A DNA stretch of 64,000 nucleotides from Bacilli bacterium (lineage in GTDB: Bacteria; Bacillota_I; Bacilli_A; RFN20; CAG-288): contig CAAGLY010000016.1 in the NCBI GenBank assembly GCA_900770925.1, positions 4,523-68,522 of the forward strand. Direction: 5' to 3'. The translations under genes were made by a program, and so were the position numbers. Positions 1 through 8,974 of the stretch are shown piece after piece. The notes beneath the pieces were generated by a model. It did no database searches. It was not told where the DNA came from and saw only the letters and a list, made by a program, of their open reading frames with translations. The first letter of the stretch is position 1. The number at the start of each line of letters is the position of its first letter.

Positions 1-1651
1 AGTCAAACTGAATGCTGTCAACGTTACTTATAAATCCAAAAACGGAGAGACTTATCTTTTCAACCTTATCGACACTCCCGGCCATGTCGACTTCACCTAC
101 GAGGTGAGTCGTTCTTTAAGCGCCTGCGAAGGTGCGCTTTTAGTCGTCGATGCCACGCAAGGTGTCCAGGCTCAGACATTAGCAAATGGCTATCTGGCTA
201 TTGATAACCATCTTAAGCTTCTGCCAGTCATCAATAAAATCGACCTTCCTTCATCTGATGTCGAACGATGCCAGCTTGAATTGATTGACACTTTACAGAT
301 GGATCCGGATAGCTGCGTATTGGTTTCGGCAAAGACAGGACAGGGTGTTGATGATCTTCTTGAGCATGTCGTGAATGACCTTCCGGCGCCAAGCGGAGAT
401 CCAAGCAAACCGTTAAAGGCCCTGATTTTTGATTCCAAGTTTGACTCATACCGTGGTGTCGTTGTGCTTATCCGAGTCTTTGACGGAGAAGTATCGGTCG
501 GAAGCAAGATTCAGTTAAGGAGCTCTGGACTTACTTTCCAGGTTACCGAACTTGGCATCCGTACACCGAAAGAAAACAAGGTGGCTTCCCTGAAAGCAGG
601 CGAGGTCGGTTTTCTTGCAGCTTCAATTAAGAACATCAAAGATATACAAGTCGGCGATACGATTACATTGGCCGATAATCCTACCGACAAGCCGCTGAAA
701 GGCTTCCGCAAGACTCAGCCTATGGTCTATGCTGGTTTTTATCCTAGTGACAACAAAGACTTCGAAAATCTCCATAATGCCTTGGACAAATTATCTCTGA
801 ATGATGCTTCGCTCGTCTATGAGCCTGAAACTTCGATTGCCTTAGGTTCTGGTTTCCGTTGCGGCTTTTTAGGGCTTTTGCATCTTGAAGTCATCCAGGA
901 ACGTTTAGAAAACGAATTCGACTTAGATATCAGGGCCACGGCTCCCTCTGTTGTCTATGAGGTGAAAAGGACAGATGGAACGACGGAATGGATTTCTAAT
1001 CCTGCCGACTTTCCCCGTGACCGGACTAAGATAAAGCAAACGTTAGAGCCGTTTGCCGATGTTAAGATCAGGGCACCGAAAATCTTTGTTGGAAATATAA
1101 GGACTCTCTGTCAGAATCGGCGTGGGCAATATAATAACAGGGTTTATATTGATGAAACACGTGTTGAACTTCAATATAAAATGCCTCTTAGTGAAATCGT
1201 TTTTGATTTCTTTGATCGGCTGAAATCCGTCTCTCAGGGCTACGCTTCGTTAGACTATGAGCTTCTCGGCTATGAGCCGAGCGATGTTGAGCGAAGGGAT
1301 ATTCTTCTTAATGGTGAAGCGGTGGATGCCTTGACGACTGTTGTCTTTTCCGGAACAGCCTATCCCCGGGCAAGAGCAACGGTTGATAAGCTAAAGGATG
1401 TCATTCCTAAACAGCAGTTTGAAATCCCGGTCCAGGCCTGTCTTGGCGGAAGAATCATTGCCCGCAGCGATATCAAAGCAGTGCGCAAAGATGTTCTCGC
1501 CAAATGCTATGGCGGTGACATTTCCCGTAAGAAGAAATTGCTTGAAAAGCAAAAGGCCGGAAAGAAGAGAAGGAAGGAATTCGGTAAGGTTCAGGTCCCG
1601 CAGGAAGCCTTTATCGCAATCCTGACGGTCGATGAAGGAACTATTAAGTAA
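1..1651 (+). CDS. lepA: Elongation factor 4 (LepA), 5' end outside the window
   Basis: Frame is open from nt 2 (..NLIDTPGHVDFTYEVSRSL..). EF-G-like GTPase and LepA C-terminal domain through ..ILTVDEGTIK*. No start codon inside the window. Confidence 0.95.
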   Translation, partial: VKLNAVNVTYKSKNGETYLFNLIDTPGHVDFTYEVSRSLSACEGALLVVDATQGVQAQTLANGYLAIDNHLKLLPVINKIDLPSSDVERCQLELIDTLQMDPDSCVLVSAKTGQGVDDLLEHVVNDLPAPSGDPSKPLKALIFDSKFDSYRGVVVLIRVFDGEVSVGSKIQLRSSGLTFQVTELGIRTPKENKVASLKAGEVGFLAASIKNIKDIQVGDTITLADNPTDKPLKGFRKTQPMVYAGFYPSDNKDFENLHNALDKLSLNDASLVYEPETSIALGSGFRCGFLGLLHLEVIQERLENEFDLDIRATAPSVVYEVKRTDGTTEWISNPADFPRDRTKIKQTLEPFADVKIRAPKIFVGNIRTLCQNRRGQYNNRVYIDETRVELQYKMPLSEIVFDFFDRLKSVSQGYASLDYELLGYEPSDVERRDILLNGEAVDALTTVVFSGTAYPRARATVDKLKDVIPKQQFEIPVQACLGGRIIARSDIKAVRKDVLAKCYGGDISRKKKLLEKQKAGKKRRKEFGKVQVPQEAFIAILTVDEGTIK

Positions 1652-1690
1652 TCCGTTTCTTTGTGGTAGAATTTCATAGAGGTCATAACT

Positions 1691-2983
1691 GTGGTCCGAA
1701 ACGACGAAGGAAAGAAATTTACCGATGATGCTTATGCCCGGAAGGAGGATGTTCGGGCGTTATATAACATTAGTGACATTGCTCCGATCTGGAGCAAAGT
1801 TCTTTCCTATCGTTCCTTTTTCAACGAAGAATGCGAGCTTCAGGACAAAGAAGGGAATCATTATCAGGTCTGTCTGACTAAGAAAATCCTGTCTCTGTCC
1901 TATAATCTGCAGAGGAAACTAAGGAATGATAAAAGGATGCTTTCCTCTCTTAGCAAAGAGGGTCAGGATCAGTTCCTTTTCCAAAGGAAGAAAAACGCTC
2001 TTTCTCTGACCGCAAAGAAGAACGGAATCAACATCACAAATTCGACTCTTGACTCCATTACCGGAGGAACTAGGGAATCCCTCTCCTCTTCTCTGTTTTT
2101 GATCCAGGCTTATGCGGATGCCTATAGGAAAGAAACGGGCGTCTGTTCCTTTTCTATCGATTCGATTCATCAAATCAATAACTGCCTGCTTGGAAAAGAA
2201 GAGGAAGAGAATCCCTCACTCCGGGAAAAGCCATCAGAAGATTTATTCAATACGCTGAGTGATTTTCCTGTCGAAAGAATTCCTTCCGCGATGGATTGTC
2301 TTAACCGTTTCCTTAATCAGGATTCAATTCCGCTGCTTCTCCGTGCATTAGGTATTCTTTATTTCTTCTTTTCTGTCCGCCCTTATGCCTACTTCAATGA
2401 AGAGACGGCTGCTTTAGCAGCAAAGGTGTTTCTCTCTTCATCCGGCCTTGGATTGACCGGTTACTCACTCGATTTTGAGAGCATTGCTTTCAGCAAGGAC
2501 TTCCAGAGAAGGAAATCCTGTGAAACCTCATTGGATCTTACTTATTTTCTCTTACCGGCTCTTAATTACATGAGCCATAGCCAGGAAGCTGGGCAGGCCC
2601 TTTTGGCAAACCTGAAGAATATTCCGGTTGAAACCAGCACAGAGGAAACCAAGACAGATATTCCGGTAGAAAATAGGACTAGGGCTCAGGCCCTGCCGTT
2701 TTTCCCGAAAGGAAAAAATGCTAGGGAAGTTGAGGAAACAGCCCGGAATCTCCGTCAGATTTACCCTTACCTGAAGAAAAAGCAGGCCCATTTCTATGCC
2801 GGGCACTGCACAATCGGACTTCACTATACAATTGAGCAGTTCAAGCGCTGTGAAGATACCGTCTATGAAACCGCCCGTACCTCTAGGGAAGGGCTTGCCC
2901 AAAGAGGGTTCTATAAGAAGGAAATGCTTGGAAAGAAGTTTGTCTATACTCCGATTCCGATGGACGGACAGGAAGGAAAATGA
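1691..2983 (+). CDS. Hypothetical 430-aa protein, apparent GTG start, between lepA and hemW
   Basis: Long ORF with AGAGG 8 nt upstream of GTG. Stop overlaps the hemW ATG (ATGA). No motif I can place confidently. The segment ..RPYAYFNEETAALAAKVFL.. loosely recalls a degenerate Fic helix, which is speculative. Confidence 0.55.
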   Translation: MVRNDEGKKFTDDAYARKEDVRALYNISDIAPIWSKVLSYRSFFNEECELQDKEGNHYQVCLTKKILSLSYNLQRKLRNDKRMLSSLSKEGQDQFLFQRKKNALSLTAKKNGINITNSTLDSITGGTRESLSSSLFLIQAYADAYRKETGVCSFSIDSIHQINNCLLGKEEEENPSLREKPSEDLFNTLSDFPVERIPSAMDCLNRFLNQDSIPLLLRALGILYFFFSVRPYAYFNEETAALAAKVFLSSSGLGLTGYSLDFESIAFSKDFQRRKSCETSLDLTYFLLPALNYMSHSQEAGQALLANLKNIPVETSTEETKTDIPVENRTRAQALPFFPKGKNAREVEETARNLRQIYPYLKKKQAHFYAGHCTIGLHYTIEQFKRCEDTVYETARTSREGLAQRGFYKKEMLGKKFVYTPIPMDGQEGK

Positions 2984-4065
2984 TTTCCTCCTTATATCTT
3001 CACATTCCTTTTTGCCAGAGCATCTGCTCCTATTGTGATTTTCCGAAGGTTTACCACAATAAGGAATGGGAAGAGAAATATATTCCTCTCCTCATTGAGG
3101 AAATCGAATCCTATTCAATAAAAGACAAGTCTCTTAAAACAATTTATATCGGAGGAGGAACTCCTTCGATTCTTTCTTCTGCTCTTAGGGAAAAGATGCT
3201 CTCTTATCTAAACAGGCGGTTTCCCAATGTAGCAGAATTCACTAGGGAAGCTAACCCAGAATCCATCACGGAGGAAAAAGCAGCTATCAGGAAGAAATAC
3301 GGAGTGAACCGGGTCTCCTTAGGTGTTGAGTCCACGAGCACTTCTTTGCTTAAACGTCTTGGCAGAACCCATACTAATGAACAAGTCAGAAAAGCGGTCT
3401 CTCTATTAAAACAGTCTGGAATTGACAATCTTAACTTTGATTTTATTTATGGCATTCCTGGTGAAAGCTTAACCGATCTAAACAATGACATTTCATTCGC
3501 ACTGTCTCAGGGTGTTAAACATTTATCTTTTTATTCGCTTCAATTAGAAGAAGGAACTAGGCTTTTTGATAAGAAAACCATTCCTGTAACAGATGATGAA
3601 TACCGGAAACAATATGACCATCTTGTCTTACAACTGAGTATTCATGGATATCAGCGCTACGAAGTGTCTAATTTTTCTTTGCCAGGATATGAGTCAAAGC
3701 ACAATCTGACTTACTGGCACGATGAGCAGTACTATGCCTGTGGTGTCGGAGCTTCCGGATATATCAAGGATCTGCGCTACACCAATACGAAGTCCATCAC
3801 GAAATATTTAAGCGGGGAAAGAGTCTTTTCCAAAGACACCATCAGAAAAGAAGATGAAGAGAGGGAATTCTTAAGGCTTGGCCTTCGTCTTGAGCAAGGC
3901 TTTTCTTTAGAAGAATACCGAAAACGTTTCGGACAGGATTTTCTTTCTGTTTACAGTAAGAAAATTGAAGAGAATAACACCTTTTTCGATTCTTCCGATG
4001 GCCGTTTCCGTATCCGGAAAGAGTATCTTTATATCAGGGATTCCCTGCTTCTTTCTCTTTTCTAG
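2980..4065 (+). CDS. hemW: Radical SAM heme chaperone HemW (HemN-like)
   Basis: N-terminal CQSICSYCDF (CxxxCxxC), GGGTPS motif, 361 aa. Position after lepA matches Bacillus lepA-hemN. Confidence 0.9.
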   Translation: MISSLYLHIPFCQSICSYCDFPKVYHNKEWEEKYIPLLIEEIESYSIKDKSLKTIYIGGGTPSILSSALREKMLSYLNRRFPNVAEFTREANPESITEEKAAIRKKYGVNRVSLGVESTSTSLLKRLGRTHTNEQVRKAVSLLKQSGIDNLNFDFIYGIPGESLTDLNNDISFALSQGVKHLSFYSLQLEEGTRLFDKKTIPVTDDEYRKQYDHLVLQLSIHGYQRYEVSNFSLPGYESKHNLTYWHDEQYYACGVGASGYIKDLRYTNTKSITKYLSGERVFSKDTIRKEDEEREFLRLGLRLEQGFSLEEYRKRFGQDFLSVYSKKIEENNTFFDSSDGRFRIRKEYLYIRDSLLLSLF

Positions 4066-4194
4066 TCCCACTGCCCTTGTTATTTTCTCTTTTCGCCTCT
4101 ATAATCACTTTGTCTGCCGCATCCGTTTGCGGATTAGACCGATTTATCCTCTTTCTCTAATAGAGGACTGGAGCGAATCAGAAAGGACTTCCTT

Positions 4195-4872
4195 ATGTCT
4201 TATGAGCACCCTCTTTTGGACGAGCCGGTTTTCGAGAAGGTATTTCCAGGTCCTAAGCCATCAGCTTATTTCCGGGCAAGCAAGGATCCGCATAGGATCA
4301 TGCTTTCCATTGCTGAAGATTTCCAATGGATTGTTACTACACTAGCTAGGGAAGGGGAAATTGAAAAGGATGACATCAGGGGTGAAGATCTACCGAATGT
4401 GGCTCTTGTCCTTGATAGCAGGGACTTTCACCGGAAATTCGAGGACAATTATGTCATTGAGAAATCTGTTCTTGTCTATCTGGTTTCCCTTTTGAATCTG
4501 CTTCCTGAGAAGAAAGGTCAATTTCTCTGGAAGACGTATTTTCTTTATCTGAGATGTTCCTATGAAGTTCAGGAAGAGGATAAAAAGCATGTCACAAAGA
4601 CTGCTTTTTATACGCATCGGAATGAGTACGTGTCTGACTTTCTAGAGCTTCTTTCTCTGCCCTACGATGAATTACTCGAGCAACTGACTCCTGCCCAGAA
4701 GAAATGGTTTCCCTTTTTTCCTATTGCCACGGAGTTTCAGTCGAAATACAGGGATCCCTGTATCCTATCTTCCTTTGGCGAAGAAGTCTTCCATGGTCCT
4801 AGGGAGACAGACCTGACGAAAGAAGATGCCGATGCAATCAGGAAAACACTTTTAGCAAGAAAAGTACTCTGA
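4195..4872 (+). CDS. Hypothetical cytoplasmic protein, 225 aa
   Basis: ORF with AAAGGA Shine-Dalgarno sequence. No recognisable motif. First gene of a tight three- or four-gene cluster. Confidence 0.55.
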   Translation: MSYEHPLLDEPVFEKVFPGPKPSAYFRASKDPHRIMLSIAEDFQWIVTTLAREGEIEKDDIRGEDLPNVALVLDSRDFHRKFEDNYVIEKSVLVYLVSLLNLLPEKKGQFLWKTYFLYLRCSYEVQEEDKKHVTKTAFYTHRNEYVSDFLELLSLPYDELLEQLTPAQKKWFPFFPIATEFQSKYRDPCILSSFGEEVFHGPRETDLTKEDADAIRKTLLARKVL

Positions 4873-4923
4873 GTCGAAAAACCGACCGTCTTCCTTCCCA
4901 TATAAGGTAGTGAGGACAACCAG

Positions 4924-5592
4924 ATGAAAGAATTCAGGAAACGGAACAGGTACTACCTATTCCTGCTTGTGAGGATTGCAATTAAAATTTTCTTTAGGTT
5001 TTCATCCTTTATCTTTGGAATAAGGGCTAGCGTGATTTTCCTTCTTTGCGGAGTATTACTTCTCTTTTATTACGATAAATTAGTCAATGCCAAGAACACC
5101 CGGAAGGCCCAGCTTGAATTCCTATGCTGTTTCAGGAACGGCGCCTATGAACAGAAGGGAGCTAAGGAAATCTATGATTCCGCCTGCCATTTTATCCGCG
5201 GATACCAAGAAATCATTCCCTATTCAGAACTTCTTGAAGACCCATCGAGAAGGAAAAGGCCTGAGGATTATCAGGAATATTTTCTGGCAATCAGGGAACT
5301 AGACAAGAAAGGCGAACTTCATCTTCCCGATTATCGTCCGCTGCTTGAAAAGATTGAGGAAGAAACAACAGAGAGGGAAATTGGTCGCCGCAAAAGAAAT
5401 CAGGACTTTTTGCTATCCCTTCTTTTAATCAGGGGATCTGTTTTCGTTCTTTCTAGGCTTAGAATTCTAGTTCCTTCCTTTTCTTCACGGCTTAACGGAA
5501 CCATTCCAAACAGGCTCCTCCTAGCTTTTCCTTTTTTATCTATTTCATTAACATTGCTTTATCTAATCAGGGAGGAAAAGAAACATGTTTGA
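4924..5592 (+). CDS. Hypothetical membrane protein (TM hairpin, ~110-aa cytoplasmic domain, C-terminal TM)
   Basis: GAGGA Shine-Dalgarno sequence 8 nt upstream. Hydrophobic N-terminal segments (YYLFLLVRIAIKIFF.., VIFLLCGVLLLFYY) and a C-terminal TM. Confidence 0.55.
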   Translation: MKEFRKRNRYYLFLLVRIAIKIFFRFSSFIFGIRASVIFLLCGVLLLFYYDKLVNAKNTRKAQLEFLCCFRNGAYEQKGAKEIYDSACHFIRGYQEIIPYSELLEDPSRRKRPEDYQEYFLAIRELDKKGELHLPDYRPLLEKIEEETTEREIGRRKRNQDFLLSLLLIRGSVFVLSRLRILVPSFSSRLNGTIPNRLLLAFPFLSISLTLLYLIREEKKHV

Positions 5593-6211
5593 AAATTTAA
5601 AAAAGGGGCTGATGAAAAAGGAAAAGCAACCAAAGAAAACAAAAGGGGAAACATCTAGCCCTGTTATTGTACCTGTGCTATCTGCTTTTGTCGGATTGCT
5701 GTTTTACTATAGAACAAAGTCGGTTTTCCCCTTCCTTCTTTTCTCCCTTTTAGGCAGGTTCCTGTTTGTCTATATTTTTCTGAACAATCCTAGAAAAAAA
5801 GACAAACAGAAAAACGAAGAGCTGTCCTTATACAAAAATTTTTATGAGCGTTATTTTCTTTATTCCGGACTTGAAAACTCCTATCTTCTAGGCTTTGAAA
5901 AAGCAGTGGATACCCTTCCGATTTCTCTGCTTCGCGACTCTCTGAAAGATTTTCAGGACAATGATAGGAAAGGGAGTATCCCTCTTCAGGTTAATAGGAC
6001 ACAGTCAGAAAGGAATCTTATCCGTGGGGTCAAGGAACGGCTAGAAGAAGAATACGAATACACTTATCAAGACTCCCGGGAAAGGTATTCGCTCTATCTC
6101 CGAGCTTTTCCGAAGAAGAAAAAAGCATCTGTTCCTGCCTACCTGATTTCCTTATCTGTCATTTCCGTTTCGCTTGTATGTCTGTTCTATGTCTTTCTTA
6201 GGCCAGTTTAG
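5585..6211 (+). CDS. Hypothetical membrane protein, same architecture as the preceding gene
   Basis: GGGAGG Shine-Dalgarno sequence. Start overlaps the previous stop by 8 nt. Two N-terminal TM segments, a charged cytoplasmic domain and a C-terminal TM (VPAYLISLSVISVSLVCLFYVFL). Confidence 0.55.
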   Translation: MFENLKKGLMKKEKQPKKTKGETSSPVIVPVLSAFVGLLFYYRTKSVFPFLLFSLLGRFLFVYIFLNNPRKKDKQKNEELSLYKNFYERYFLYSGLENSYLLGFEKAVDTLPISLLRDSLKDFQDNDRKGSIPLQVNRTQSERNLIRGVKERLEEEYEYTYQDSRERYSLYLRAFPKKKKASVPAYLISLSVISVSLVCLFYVFLRPV

Positions 6212-6221
6212 GTTAGGAATG

Positions 6222-6488
6222 CTCGTCCCCTCCGGCATTCTGTTTTCCTGTCTCAGTTTTGATGATTTCCTTGACCAAAGAGCAAATCCAGTCTTGACCG
6301 ATTCCGCCGCCTTAGTAAAAAACAATCTTCTGAATGAAAAAGAAGCTACACTGGGATTAAGCAAAAGTGTCCGTTTGATCCGCTTGCCTGGTGAGGAAGA
6401 AGAAACTATTATTCTCCTACGCTATAAGGTGCCTTACCTGAGGAAGGAAGGCTTTCCGGAAAGACATTTAAAGTTCTCTATAAATTGA
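6222..6488 (+). CDS. Possible small protein (~88 aa); may be non-coding
   Basis: ORF with host-like codon usage but weak Shine-Dalgarno sequence. It lies in a 340-bp gap before the tyrS promoter. Confidence 0.25.
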   Translation, partial: LVPSGILFSCLSFDDFLDQRANPVLTDSAALVKNNLLNEKEATLGLSKSVRLIRLPGEEEETIILLRYKVPYLRKEGFPERHLKFSIN

Positions 6489-6513
6489 ATTAATAGTTTT
6501 AGTTATATATACT
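6485..6513 (+). promoter_or_regulatory. Sigma-A-type promoter for tyrS (TTGAAT-17-TATACT)
   Basis: -35 at 6485-6490, -10 at 6508-6513. Leader of about 35 nt with AGGGGG Shine-Dalgarno sequence before the ATG at 6555. Confidence 0.5.
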
Positions 6514-6554
6514 AGTAGGCGAAAAAATAACTTTTTATTACAGGGGGTCATTCC

Positions 6555-7805
6555 ATGAATCCAATCAAAGACTTAGAACGTCGCGGACTTCTCGATGCTT
6601 TTTCCGATAAGGAAAAAACCGAAGAAAGGTTTGCAAAACCTGTTACCGTCTATTGCGGTTTTGATCCAAGCGCCCGTTCTCTCCAGTTAGGAAACTTCAT
6701 AAGGATCACAAGGCTTCAGCGTCTTCAGAAGGCCGGATGCCGTGTTATTGCCGTCTTAGGCGGTGCTACGGGTAGGATTGGAGATCCTTCCGGAAAGAAG
6801 TCCGAACGTAAGTTCCTCGGTGAAAATCAGGTCAGGGAAAACGCTGAGGCGATTAAGGCACAGCTTGCCAAATACATCGATACTTCCGATCCGGAAAAAG
6901 GAAGGATTGTCAACAACTATGATTGGTGGAGCAAGCTTGATGTCATCAGCTTCCTCCGTAACTATGGCAAAAACTTCCAGGTCGGTTATAGGTTAGCCAA
7001 AGACATTGTCAAATCCCGTCTGGAAGTCGGTATTTCCTACGCAGAGTTCTCCTACAGGATTCTCCAAGCCGGTGACTTTGACTATCTGTACAATAAATAC
7101 GGATGCTCAGTTCAAATCGGTGGCGGAGATCAGTGGGGCAACCTTACAACCGCTTTAGATTTCGTCAAGAGAAAGAACGGAAGCGATGTCACTGCAGAGG
7201 TCTTTACGCTCAAGTTAATCACCGATAGCCAGGGAAAGAAATTCGGCAAGAGTGAAAACGGAGCCTTATATCTTGATCCGACTAGGACCTCTCCTTATCA
7301 CATCTATCAATATTTCAGGAACGTCTCGGATAATGATGTCCTGCGTTATCTCTATATCTTCGATGACCGTCCGATTGAAGAAATCGATACCATCTATAAA
7401 GCCCATCTTGAACATCCCGAGCTCCGTAACGGACAACGTGAACTTGCCCATGTTATTGTTTCTAAGCTTCATGGAGACGAAATCGCCGATAAATGTGTTG
7501 CTAGGTCTAAGGCTCTCTTCTCTGACACTTTCTCTGGATTAAATGCCTCTGACTTAAAAGACCTGACCGATGGTCTGGTCGTTATCGAACAGAAAGAAGA
7601 GATTCCGCTTCTCGATGCTCTGATTGCTCTTAAGCTTGCCTCTTCAAAGCGCGAAGCACGTGAATTTGTCTCTGCTGGCGCAGTAAAAATCAACGGAGTG
7701 AAAATCTCCGACATAAATGCTATTATCAGCAAGGAAAATGCTTTAGACGGCGGCTATGTCTTCATCAAGCGCGGAAAGCGCAACTACGCTGTCAGGAAAT
7801 TCTAG
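6555..7805 (+). CDS. tyrS: Tyrosine--tRNA ligase with S4 domain; the HIGH motif reads QLGN
   Basis: Aligns to the Bacillus TyrS core (GFDP..GGATG.IGDPSGK, KFGKS, C-terminal S4). The HIGH position reads S-L-Q-L-G-N (nt 6684-6695). Confidence 0.9.
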   Translation: MNPIKDLERRGLLDAFSDKEKTEERFAKPVTVYCGFDPSARSLQLGNFIRITRLQRLQKAGCRVIAVLGGATGRIGDPSGKKSERKFLGENQVRENAEAIKAQLAKYIDTSDPEKGRIVNNYDWWSKLDVISFLRNYGKNFQVGYRLAKDIVKSRLEVGISYAEFSYRILQAGDFDYLYNKYGCSVQIGGGDQWGNLTTALDFVKRKNGSDVTAEVFTLKLITDSQGKKFGKSENGALYLDPTRTSPYHIYQYFRNVSDNDVLRYLYIFDDRPIEEIDTIYKAHLEHPELRNGQRELAHVIVSKLHGDEIADKCVARSKALFSDTFSGLNASDLKDLTDGLVVIEQKEEIPLLDALIALKLASSKREAREFVSAGAVKINGVKISDINAIISKENALDGGYVFIKRGKRNYAVRKF

Positions 7806-8839
7806 TTTCTGATTGCGTCGTCTAAGAAGGAAAGGATTTCCTCCTTTGCTTCCTTAGCATAGGTGATATGGCTAAACGGGGCCAGGGAGAGGATTTCCTC
7901 TTCCCTGCCCTTTTTGTTTTCACTATCTTTATATTTTTCTTTGATTCTCTTGTTTTCTTCTGTAAACCAATGATAGCTGTCTTCCGTTATAATCGAATTA
8001 TGGAGTCCTTTATCCTGAATAAAAACCTTCACATTACCTTGAGGATGCTTTTTAAAATACAAGGCTAAGGAATTATCATTCCTAACAATCGGATCATCCC
8101 TTGCATAAAGAAGCAAAACCTTAGTTGTCTTGTTTTTCTTAACCCCGCTCTTGCAGGCAATGGTATATCGTTTTCCTTCTAAAAACAGCCTGCAGAACCA
8201 ATAAGCCGGGACTAAGAAATAATAGAGTCCTTTTTTCTGTTTCTTCCTGACATCCAGTACGCTTTTTCTTTCATTAATCGGAGCTGAACGGATTACCGCT
8301 CCTTTTATCTGCGGGAATTTCTTCAGGGCTCCGGCCCTAGAATAAGCTCCCCAGGAATGGCCATAGACCAATAGCGGCATTCCTTCATTCACATTCCGCT
8401 TGATAACATCTCTCAAGACGTTTTCGGCAACATAAATGCCAGTAGCCAGAGATTCCTGTGTCTTTCCCTCAGATAGTCCTGAGCCGAGTTGATCATAGGC
8501 AAGTACTTTATATCCGTTCTGGCAGAGCCTGAGGATATCAATCAGGTATTGAATGTGTGTCCCGAACTTTCCATGGCTTAAAACGACAAACCCTTTCTTG
8601 TCCTCAATCTCAGGCGAAGTATAAATATACCCATTGATTTTCTTTCCGTAGTAATAAGTGGTATAAGGAGTCCGGTCTAGCTTATCTTGCAGCTCCTCAT
8701 AGCGGACATAGACTCCATCAGAGTCATTCTCCCGGCCGAGGAATAGTCTCTTATGAAGAGCAAAACAGAGACAGAGGCAGATTAACAGATAAACCCTGAT
8801 TAGAATCATAATGGACAGGATACAGATTAATGCAATCAT
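7802..8839 (-). CDS. Membrane-anchored alpha/beta hydrolase
   Basis: N-terminal TM helix. Nucleophile elbow YGHSWGAYS (GxSxG). Convergent with tyrS. Confidence 0.75.
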   Translation of the reverse strand: MIALICILSIMILIRVYLLICLCLCFALHKRLFLGRENDSDGVYVRYEELQDKLDRTPYTTYYYGKKINGYIYTSPEIEDKKGFVVLSHGKFGTHIQYLIDILRLCQNGYKVLAYDQLGSGLSEGKTQESLATGIYVAENVLRDVIKRNVNEGMPLLVYGHSWGAYSRAGALKKFPQIKGAVIRSAPINERKSVLDVRKKQKKGLYYFLVPAYWFCRLFLEGKRYTIACKSGVKKNKTTKVLLLYARDDPIVRNDNSLALYFKKHPQGNVKVFIQDKGLHNSIITEDSYHWFTEENKRIKEKYKDSENKKGREEEILSLAPFSHITYAKEAKEEILSFLDDAIRN

Positions 8840-8900
8840 CGTTAGTTTTTCTTTCCTTATTATTATATATATGGAAGGACTAGGTATAAAGTAAGAAAAA

Positions 8901-8927
8901 TTAGCACTCCTGACTTGAAAGTGCTAA
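8901..8927 (+). promoter_or_regulatory. CIRCE operator (HrcA binding site) upstream of clpB
   Basis: TTAGCACTC-N9-AAGTGCTAA against consensus TTAGCACTC-N9-GAGTGCTAA (1 mismatch). It overlaps the clpB promoter. Confidence 0.85.
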
Positions 8928-8942
8928 TTTTCAAAGTATAAT
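8915..8942 (+). promoter_or_regulatory. clpB promoter (TTGAAA-16-TATAAT) overlapping CIRCE
   Basis: -35 at 8915-8920, -10 at 8937-8942. AGGAGG Shine-Dalgarno sequence before the ATG at 8975. Confidence 0.6.
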
Positions 8943-8974
8943 ATTAGTGTCAATACGAAAGGAGGTTTACTACT

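Noticed and set aside
6212-6554. Possible T-box riboswitch in the 340-bp gap before tyrS
   Set aside because: No GGTGG..ACCGCG T-box sequence and no convincing specifier loop. A clean promoter sits only about 35 nt from the ATG. The gap more likely holds a small ORF or non-coding spacer.
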